Source: Candidatus Woesebacteria bacterium
GTDB taxonomy: Bacteria; Patescibacteriota; Microgenomatia; UBA8517
Assembly (NCBI GenBank): GCA_013374835.1
Contig: CP055307.1
Coordinates: 542,963 to 606,962 of the forward strand
Length of the DNA stretch: 64,000 nt
Reading direction: 5' to 3'
Part shown: one piece after another, positions 19,421-26,894 of the stretch
How the letters are laid out: every line of letters begins with the position of its first letter
Numbering within the stretch: the stretch's first letter is position 1
Position numbers and translations under genes: made by a program
Notes under the pieces: generated by a model
Databases searched by the model: none
What the model was told of the DNA's origin: nothing
The model's input: the letters and a program-made list of their open reading frames with translations, nothing else

Positions 19421-21015
19421 AAAAGTACTATTTATTACTAATAATTTTATTTGGTTCTTTGCTCAGACTTTGGAGAATATGGGAGTTTCCCGCTTTAAAT
19501 GCGGATGAGGCCGCTTTGGGGTATAACGCTTATTCTATTTTGGAAACCGCAAGAGACGAGCATGGAAATATTCTGCCAATTCATTTTCAGTCGTTTAATG
19601 ATTTTAAGCCCGGACTTTATGTTTATTTGACGACCCCATTTGTTTATTTATTTGGACTAAATGTTTGGGTTGTTAGAATGCCCGGGGTTTTTGCTGGTAT
19701 TGTTTCGATATACCTTGTTTATAGGCTTATAAAAGATTTGTTTAAGGATGAAAGTTTTGCTTTAGCAGCTTCATTTTTGTTGGCTTTCTCACCTTGGCAT
19801 ATCCATTTTTCAAGGGGGGCGTGGGAAGCAAATGTGGCTACGCTACTAATCGTTTTTGGAGTTTTCAGTTTTTATAAGGCTGGACAAAGAAGAATATATT
19901 ATTATTTATCGATTTTTTCTTTTGTAATGTCTTTGTATGCTTATCATGCTGCAAGAATTATTTCGCCGCTTCTTTTTTTTGGGTTAACTTATTTTAATAG
20001 AAAACAGGTTAAAGAATCTTTCAAGCATTTTTTCGCTGCCGGGTTATTTGGATTTATTGTTTTTATTCCTCTTTTGGCATCTTTATTTTCAGGCGAGGCT
20101 TTAACCTCAAGGGCTTATGGCGTTGGTTTATTTTCGGATCCGGGGCCTTTTTCGCGAATAAACGAGCAGAGAGGAGAACACGGTAATTATACCGGAGTTG
20201 TTGCTAAAGCTTTTCATAATAAGCCGGTTAATTATGGCCTTGCCTTTATTTCAAACTGGCTTGAGCATTATTGGGGTGAATTTTTGTTTTTGTCTGGTGA
20301 CGAAATTCAGAGAAATCGTGTGCCGGAAACAGGTCAGCTATATATTTTTGAATCAGTTTTTATATTGGCTTCTTTTTATTTTATATTTAAGGAAAAGAAA
20401 TTTCGGTTTTTTGGATTTTTTATTTACTGGCTTTTAATCGCTCCTATTCCCGCTGCGCTTACTTTTCAGTCACCGCACGCGCTTCGTGCTTTGAATATGG
20501 TGATACCAATAACTCTTTTTTCATCATATGGCTTAGTTAGACTTTATAAAATGTTTTCAAAGTATAGGGTGGTTTTTGTAGCACTTTTTTTATGGGGTAT
20601 TTCGAGATATTTGATTATGTATTGGATGCATATGGCAAAGGAGTATCCATTTTCATCGCAATATGGTATGGCTGAACTTGTTACTTTTTTGGACAAAGAA
20701 GCAAAAGATGTTAAGAGAATAGTTATTACCGATCGCTATGATCAGCCTTATATTCTTTTTCTATTTTATTTGAAATACCCGCCCGATAAATTTCAGGAGG
20801 AGCATGAGCTTTCGAGACGGGATAAATACGGCTTTTCCACTGTTCGGTCATTTGACAAATATATATTTATGAATATCAATTATGATATTGTTCAGCCTGC
20901 TTATCCCGGATCGCTTATAATTGGTACAGATGGGGAGATTCCTGATCATGCGAATATTGTTAAGAAGATCTATTTTCCAAGTGGAGAAGTAGCTTTTGAG
21001 ATAGTTGCAAACTAA
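19417..21015 (+). CDS. ArnT/PMT_2-like GT-C glycosyltransferase, paralog 6 of 6
   Basis: NADEAALGYNAYSILETARDEHGNILPIHFQSFNDFKPGLYVY...VWVVRMPGVFAG. The C-terminus ends FPSGEVAFEIVAN. Confidence 0.65.
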   Translation: MKKYYLLLIILFGSLLRLWRIWEFPALNADEAALGYNAYSILETARDEHGNILPIHFQSFNDFKPGLYVYLTTPFVYLFGLNVWVVRMPGVFAGIVSIYLVYRLIKDLFKDESFALAASFLLAFSPWHIHFSRGAWEANVATLLIVFGVFSFYKAGQRRIYYYLSIFSFVMSLYAYHAARIISPLLFFGLTYFNRKQVKESFKHFFAAGLFGFIVFIPLLASLFSGEALTSRAYGVGLFSDPGPFSRINEQRGEHGNYTGVVAKAFHNKPVNYGLAFISNWLEHYWGEFLFLSGDEIQRNRVPETGQLYIFESVFILASFYFIFKEKKFRFFGFFIYWLLIAPIPAALTFQSPHALRALNMVIPITLFSSYGLVRLYKMFSKYRVVFVALFLWGISRYLIMYWMHMAKEYPFSSQYGMAELVTFLDKEAKDVKRIVITDRYDQPYILFLFYLKYPPDKFQEEHELSRRDKYGFSTVRSFDKYIFMNINYDIVQPAYPGSLIIGTDGEIPDHANIVKKIYFPSGEVAFEIVAN

Positions 21016-21868
21016 TATGTGCAATTTAAGTGTGGTTTATGTTACTAGGAATGAAGAGGAAAATATTGGCGATTCTTTAGCTTCTCTATATGATATTGCG
21101 GATGAGATTATTGTTTTTGATGAGAACAGTGCAGATCGAACGCGTGAGATTGCAAAGAAATATGGTGCAAAGGTTTACAAGGTTCCTCATGAAATAAATT
21201 TTCATAAAACGAAAAGAAAAGCACTTTCCAAAGCAACTTGCAAATGGATACTTCAGCTTGATGCGGATGAAAGATTAAGCAGCGAGCTTAGAAGTGAAAT
21301 TGTTGAGGTTATAAATTTAAGCGATGCGGATATCAGAAGACGCGTTTTTCCTGAAGATAGAAAGAAACTTTTTTTAAGACATCAAAAAATTCTCGGATAT
21401 CAAAAGTCAGATGGCAGAGAGATAGCTGCCTTTTTCATACCCAGAAGAAATTATTTTTTGGGTAAGCCGCTTCGTTTTGGCGGCGCTTATCCTGATGGAG
21501 TAATCAGACTTGTCAAAAGGGGAAAGGCTATATTTCCTGCAAAACATGTACACGAACAAATTGATATAGACGGAGGTGTTTCTTGGCTTTTTAACGATTT
21601 GGAGCACTTTGATTCGCCTTCTTTAAAAAGATACTTGATGCGTCTTAATAGATATACAGATTTACACGCCGTTTCGCTTAAGAAACGTAAAGCTCCGAGA
21701 AATTTTGTTTATTTGTTTTACTACTCCTTTCTAAAAGCCTTTCTTGTTTTTCTGTCGCTTTACATAAGGCATAAAGGGTTTAAGGATGGGATTAGAGGTT
21801 TTTTGTGGTCTTTCTTTAGCGCTTCGCATTATACAATTTCATATTTTAAATACTGGAATATGAATTAG
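21005..21868 (+). CDS. Glycosyltransferase family 2. Same subfamily as the truncated CDS at 1-551.
   Basis: LSVVYVTRNEEENIGDSL...IIVFDENSADRT...ILQLDADERL (DxD). The likely start is the ATG at 21017. Confidence 0.75.
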   Translation: MQTNMCNLSVVYVTRNEEENIGDSLASLYDIADEIIVFDENSADRTREIAKKYGAKVYKVPHEINFHKTKRKALSKATCKWILQLDADERLSSELRSEIVEVINLSDADIRRRVFPEDRKKLFLRHQKILGYQKSDGREIAAFFIPRRNYFLGKPLRFGGAYPDGVIRLVKRGKAIFPAKHVHEQIDIDGGVSWLFNDLEHFDSPSLKRYLMRLNRYTDLHAVSLKKRKAPRNFVYLFYYSFLKAFLVFLSLYIRHKGFKDGIRGFLWSFFSASHYTISYFKYWNMN

Positions 21869-21894
21869 ACTTCTTGCTAGAATTAATAATAGTT

Positions 21895-22644
21895 ATGAGA
21901 CTTAAGGGTAAGGTGTGTTTAATAACCGGTTCTTCGCGCGGTATAGGGAAAGCAACTGCTGTTAAGTTTGCTGTTAATGGAGCATCTGTTGTGGTTAATT
22001 ATCGAGTCAATGAAAACGAGGCTAATGAGGTTGTCTCAGAGATTAGAAAACTTGGGGTGCAGGCTATTGCAGTTAAAGCAGATGTTAGCGTGCCTTTTGA
22101 GGTTAAAAACATGTTTAAAATGGTTTTGGAGGAGTTTGGGAAAATAGACGTTTTGGTGAATAACGCGGGTGTTGACCGGCCAAAGCCTTTTTTGGATTTG
22201 ACTCTTTCTGATTGGGAAGAGACTTTCAGGGTTAATTTATACGGGGCGTTTTTATGTTCTCAAGAAGCTGCAAAAGTTATGCTTGAGATGGGGGGAGGGA
22301 AGATATTGAATACAGTTTCGGTGCGCGGTCTTTCATATTGCGGAAGGCGTGGAAATATTGTTTACTCCGCTTCTAAGGCGGCCATGTATAGTTTTACAAA
22401 GACGCTTGCTAAGGAACTTGCCCCGGTTATCCGTGTTAATGGCGTTTCCCCGGGACCTTCAAATACCGATATTAGCCGAGTTTGGGACAGTAAAACTCGT
22501 GAGACAGCGATTAATGACAGCTATTTAAAGAGATTGGTTGAACCGGATGATATTGCAAACGCTTTTGTTTTTCTTGCTTCGGATGAGTCCAATGCTATGA
22601 CTGGTGAGGTAATAATTGTTGATGGGGGGTATAATCTTTCGTAA
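21895..22644 (+). CDS. SDR-family oxidoreductase (FabG-like ketoreductase), possible sugar or acyl ketoreductase
   Basis: Rossmann motif GKVCLITGSSRGIGKA, NNAG, the YSASKAAM catalytic YxxxK, and the PG motif IRVNGVSPGP. An alternative upstream in-frame start lies at 21874. Confidence 0.8.
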   Translation: MRLKGKVCLITGSSRGIGKATAVKFAVNGASVVVNYRVNENEANEVVSEIRKLGVQAIAVKADVSVPFEVKNMFKMVLEEFGKIDVLVNNAGVDRPKPFLDLTLSDWEETFRVNLYGAFLCSQEAAKVMLEMGGGKILNTVSVRGLSYCGRRGNIVYSASKAAMYSFTKTLAKELAPVIRVNGVSPGPSNTDISRVWDSKTRETAINDSYLKRLVEPDDIANAFVFLASDESNAMTGEVIIVDGGYNLS

Positions 22645-23760
22645 ATGTTAAAGGTTGCAATTGATAACGGTGCTTTAGAGGAGGGGCATCGTGTTCGTGG
22701 AATCGGATTTTACAGTAGGAATTTGGTAGAAGGCTTGAGTTTGTTAAAGAGCCAGGTAAGGGTGGATGTTTTTTCATTTTTTTCAGAACCATCGCGTGTA
22801 AATCGGTATGATATTGCTCATTATCCTTATTATGATCTTTTTTTTAATACACTTTTGACTCCATTTAAGATACCAACTGTTGTGACGATTCATGATGTTA
22901 TCCCTTTGATTTACCCAAAGCAATATCCAAAAGGAATAAAAGGCAGCATTGCTTTTTACAAACAAAAGAAAGCTTTAAAAGCCGTTTCGGCGATTATTAC
23001 TGATACACAAACTTCAAAAAAGGATATCGTGAGATTTTTGGATGTTGAAGAGAAAAAAATAAATGTTATTTATCTTGCCGCGTCGAGAAGTTATAAAATT
23101 ATTAAGGATAGAAAAATTCTTGAATCAGTAATAAAAAAGTATGGATTACCCCAGAAGTTTATTCTTTATGTGGGAGATATAAATTACAATAAAAATTTGA
23201 TTAATTTGATCCGTGCTATACGGAAAGTTGGTTTAAAACTTGTTATTGTGGGAAAGAGCGCTTTGGATATTTCAGAAAACAATAATTTAAACGATATTCG
23301 CGGTCCACGAGATTATTTGCGGTATTATTTGGGAAAGGTTCATCCTGAAATCACCCATTTTAAAAAGTTGGCAAAGGAGTTTGAAAAGGCAGGAGTTTTA
23401 AGGCTTGGATTTATATCCAATGAAGATTTGGCGGCAATTTATAATTTGGCTACTTTTTATGTACAACCTTCTTATTATGAGGGTTTTGGTTTGCCTCCAC
23501 TTGAGGCCATGGCATCTGGATGCCCTGTGTTAATTAGTAAAACACAGGCTTTGGTTGAGGTGTGCGGGGATGCTTCTATTACTTTTGATCAGAAGCAGGG
23601 CTCACGTGACTTGGCCAATAAATTAAGCGAGATAGTAAAAGACAAAAAGCTTCAAAGAGAGCTTTCGGAAAGAGGTATTCGGCATGCTGCAAGATATTCA
23701 TGGGAAAAAGCAGCTCTTGAGACACTTGAAGTTTATAAAAAATTAGTAAAGCCAAAATGA
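22645..23760 (+). CDS. Glycosyltransferase family 4
   Basis: YYEGFGLPPLEAMASGCPVLISKTQALVEVCGDAS (EX7E region). 371 aa. Confidence 0.8.
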   Translation: MLKVAIDNGALEEGHRVRGIGFYSRNLVEGLSLLKSQVRVDVFSFFSEPSRVNRYDIAHYPYYDLFFNTLLTPFKIPTVVTIHDVIPLIYPKQYPKGIKGSIAFYKQKKALKAVSAIITDTQTSKKDIVRFLDVEEKKINVIYLAASRSYKIIKDRKILESVIKKYGLPQKFILYVGDINYNKNLINLIRAIRKVGLKLVIVGKSALDISENNNLNDIRGPRDYLRYYLGKVHPEITHFKKLAKEFEKAGVLRLGFISNEDLAAIYNLATFYVQPSYYEGFGLPPLEAMASGCPVLISKTQALVEVCGDASITFDQKQGSRDLANKLSEIVKDKKLQRELSERGIRHAARYSWEKAALETLEVYKKLVKPK

Positions 23761-24905
23761 ATAGAAATTATTCAGTTAAAATCGGTTTGGTTTATTTTTT
23801 GTGGCTTCTTTTTTTAATTGCAGGACTTTTTTTTGGCATTAATTTTATTAAGCTTGGGGAGAATTTTTTAGGTGGAGGGCTAAACAATTATCTTAAAAAT
23901 CCTTTTGTTTGGGCTTGGGCCAATTTCGACGGAGAGCATTATTTGGCTATTGCAAGAGAGGGGTATAGGCCATTGAGATATTTTTATTTTCCGGTTTATC
24001 CAAAAATTATCGGATTTTTGGCTTCTTTGACCGGGCAAAATGAACTAATGGCTTATTTGTTTTCCGGTTTATTTGTATCGAACGTTTTTTCGTTGTTGAG
24101 TATAATTTTTTTTTGGAAGCTTCTTAGAGTTGATTATAAGAAAAAGTTTTCTTTTGGCGTGCTTGTGATTTTTTTGTTTTTTCCCACATCGTTTTATCTA
24201 GTGAGTGTATATACTGAATCTCTCTTTTTGTTTTTTGTTTTGATTTGTTTTTATTTCGCCAGAAAGCGCAGGTGGTTTTGGGCATCTTTATTAGCGTCGT
24301 TTGCGGGAGCAACACGCTTGGTCGGATTTTCGCTTTTTTTTGCTTTGATGGTCGAATGGTGGTTAGTAGCCAAAAAGCAGGATAAAAAAGATTTTAAAGG
24401 TCTTTTATCTATTTTATTTTTAGCACCTTTGGGTTTGGTTTTTTATATGTATTATTTAGAAAAAAGTACCGGTGATTTTTTGATTTTTTTAAATACTGTT
24501 GAGATTTTTGGGGAGCAGAGATCGTCAAGTTTTGTTATTCTGCCTCAGGTTTTTTATAGATATCTATTTAAGATTATCCCGAATTTAACGCTTTATCCGC
24601 CTTATGTGTTTCGCGTATTTTTAGAGCTTTTTATTGGGCTTATTTTTTTAGGGCTTTTGATATATTCGTTTGTTAAATTAAGGCTAAGTTATAGTGTTTA
24701 TTTTTTGTTTACATATATTACCCCGACATTATCGGGAAGTTTTTCGTCTTTTCCAAGATATGTTTTAGTTATCTTCCCGGCGTTTATAACGCTTGGTGTG
24801 TTTTTTGAAAAGAGAACTTTTATTAAGAAATTATACTTATTTATATCGGCTTTTTTGCTTTTTTTTTCCAGCGCACTTTTTTTTAGTGGATATTTTGTAT
24901 CATGA
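23757..24905 (+). CDS. Polytopic membrane protein, PIG-V/GT-C-like mannosyltransferase candidate
   Basis: 382 aa, multi-TM. The N-terminal loop NFDGEHYLAIAREGYRP resembles the WD(A/S)EH(F/Y)L.IA..GY signature I recall for GPI mannosyltransferase-II (PIG-V) family proteins. Confidence 0.4.
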   Translation: MNRNYSVKIGLVYFLWLLFLIAGLFFGINFIKLGENFLGGGLNNYLKNPFVWAWANFDGEHYLAIAREGYRPLRYFYFPVYPKIIGFLASLTGQNELMAYLFSGLFVSNVFSLLSIIFFWKLLRVDYKKKFSFGVLVIFLFFPTSFYLVSVYTESLFLFFVLICFYFARKRRWFWASLLASFAGATRLVGFSLFFALMVEWWLVAKKQDKKDFKGLLSILFLAPLGLVFYMYYLEKSTGDFLIFLNTVEIFGEQRSSSFVILPQVFYRYLFKIIPNLTLYPPYVFRVFLELFIGLIFLGLLIYSFVKLRLSYSVYFLFTYITPTLSGSFSSFPRYVLVIFPAFITLGVFFEKRTFIKKLYLFISAFLLFFSSALFFSGYFVS

Positions 24906-26155
24906 TCGAGATGATTAAAACTCTAAGAAAAAATACTTTATTTTCCGGAGGTATAGTGATGGTTGTTGGGAGTATGAGTATAAATGCTATTAATTATTTA
25001 TATCATCTTGTTATGGGAAGAGCTTTGGGGCCAAGCTCGTATTCGGTATTAGCAAGCGTTTTCTCACTTTATTATATGATTGCGATAATTCCTCAGTCAG
25101 CAAGCGTATCTATAGTAAAATTTGTTTCTGAGACAAAGGATAAAAAAGATTTATCAATTTTGTACTCAAGTTTGTATAAATTTATCAATATATTGGCATT
25201 AGTTTTGGCTTTTTTTATAATATTTTTTTCTCCTTTGATTACAAAATTTCTTCATTTTGACAGTTTTTTATTGATTCCCCTTTTAGCTCCAATAACTTAT
25301 TTCAGCTTAGGCACCCTCCTTAATCAATCTGTAGTACAAGGGCTTCTTAGGTTTAAGGAAGTGGTTTCTATTAATTTGGTTGCTGCTTTGGGTAAGCTTT
25401 TTCTGGGGCTTTTGTTTGTAATTTTGGGTTTTTCTGCCGGTGGTGCTGTTTTGGGTTTAGCTATTGCTACGTTTATAACCTTTTTTTATTCAAGGCGCTT
25501 GATATCTGTACGGGTAAACGTTGTGTCAGAAAGGCAAATACTTTCTGATTTTTTTAAATTTTCTGTTCCAGCTCTTTTTCAAGCTTTATCTTTTACTTTT
25601 ATTTTTACTGCCGATCTTATCTTAGTTAAACATTTTTTCTCCGGCTATGATGCCGGTCTTTATGCAGCGCTTTCGACATTGGGTAAGATAATATTTTTTG
25701 CTTCAAGTCCGATTGCTATGGTTATGTTTCCTGCGGTTTCGGGTAGACGGGCAAGAGGAGAGAGTTATAGGAAAGTTTTTTATATAACTTTTTTTGCTAC
25801 TTTTTTAATTGCTGGAGGTATTGTGTCTTTTTATTATTTTTTTCCTGAGTTTGCAATCAGAGTTTTATATGGAAGCAGTTATCTAGCCGCATCTACTTAT
25901 CTTTTTTGGATGGGTGGATTTATCGCGATTTATACTTTAAACTATTTTTTGGTAAATTTTTTGCTTTCTGTGGGGAAGGTAAAAGTTGTAACAGTTCCTT
26001 TATTGTCAAGTGTTTTACAAATTATTGCAATTAGTTTGTGGCACGAGAGCCTTTTGGTGGTGATTCAGATATCTTTGGCTATTATGATTTTTATGATGAT
26101 TTTACTTGTATTATACTTAGCTAGTTATCAATTAAAAGTTTATGGGAAGAAATAG
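24902..26155 (+). CDS. Wzx-like oligosaccharide/lipid-linked sugar flippase (MOP superfamily), copy A
   Basis: 417 aa with about 12 TM helices. The N-terminal RALGPSSYSVLASVFSLYY pattern is typical of the polysaccharide biosynthesis (Wzx) family. It is a paralog of 55419-56672. Confidence 0.55.
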   Translation: MIEMIKTLRKNTLFSGGIVMVVGSMSINAINYLYHLVMGRALGPSSYSVLASVFSLYYMIAIIPQSASVSIVKFVSETKDKKDLSILYSSLYKFINILALVLAFFIIFFSPLITKFLHFDSFLLIPLLAPITYFSLGTLLNQSVVQGLLRFKEVVSINLVAALGKLFLGLLFVILGFSAGGAVLGLAIATFITFFYSRRLISVRVNVVSERQILSDFFKFSVPALFQALSFTFIFTADLILVKHFFSGYDAGLYAALSTLGKIIFFASSPIAMVMFPAVSGRRARGESYRKVFYITFFATFLIAGGIVSFYYFFPEFAIRVLYGSSYLAASTYLFWMGGFIAIYTLNYFLVNFLLSVGKVKVVTVPLLSSVLQIIAISLWHESLLVVIQISLAIMIFMMILLVLYLASYQLKVYGKK

Positions 26156-26894
26156 AAAATTGCTTTTATCGATAATTGTGCCTGCTTATAAGCAGGAAAA
26201 GACTATAAAAAAAGATCTTGAACGAATGATTTCGGTTTTTGAAGAGGGACTTGGCAAAACTATAGATTTTGAGGTAATAGTTGTGGTTGACGGGAAAGTA
26301 GATAAAACGGAGCAAGAAGCAAAAAAGGTAAAAGATGGCCGGATAAGAATAATTAGCTACGAGCAAAATCGGGGTAAAGGGTATGCTGTTCGAATGGGAA
26401 TGAAGTCTGCGCATGGGGAGCTTATTTCATTTCTTGATGCAGGGATGGATATAAGTCCCAAGAGCCTTTTGATGCTTATGGCGCATTTTACTTGGTATGA
26501 GGCAGATATAATAGTAGGGTCTAAGAGACATCCCGTTTCGCGCGTAAATTACCCATTTAAGAGGAAGCTATTAAGCTTGGGGTATCATTTACTGGTTAGA
26601 GTGTTTTTTGGACTTAATCTGTCGGATACACAAAGCGGCATTAAAATTTTTAGGCGTGAGGTTGTTGAAAAAATAATCGATAAGCTTTTGGTTAAGCGGT
26701 ATGCAATGGATATTGAGATGCTTGCTGTTGCCAGACGATTTGGGTTCAGAAGAATTTATGAAGCACCCATTGAAGTGACTTTTAATAAAAGTACTAGTGC
26801 AATAAATTGGCATACAATTTATAAGATGCTTTGGGATACTTTGGCTGTTTTTTATAGACTTAAAATTCTTAGGTATTATGATAAAGCCAGATAG
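26142..26894 (+). CDS. GT2, Dpm1/GtrB-like polyprenol-phosphate sugar synthase candidate
   Basis: LLSIIVPAYKQEKTI, VIVVVDGKVDKT, NRGKGYAVRMGMKSAHGELISFLDAGMD (DxD) and GSKRHP. It sits immediately after the flippase. Confidence 0.65.
   Translation: MGRNRKLLLSIIVPAYKQEKTIKKDLERMISVFEEGLGKTIDFEVIVVVDGKVDKTEQEAKKVKDGRIRIISYEQNRGKGYAVRMGMKSAHGELISFLDAGMDISPKSLLMLMAHFTWYEADIIVGSKRHPVSRVNYPFKRKLLSLGYHLLVRVFFGLNLSDTQSGIKIFRREVVEKIIDKLLVKRYAMDIEMLAVARRFGFRRIYEAPIEVTFNKSTSAINWHTIYKMLWDTLAVFYRLKILRYYDKAR

Noticed and set aside
9170-21015. Possibility that the paralog array is a recent tandem duplication, a mobile element or an integron-like cassette array
   Set aside because: Nucleotide identity between paralogs is only moderate even in the conserved DE-loop region, for example at 12901, 16201 and 17893. 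There are no intergenic spacers that could hold attC-like repeats, and no integrase or transposase is present.
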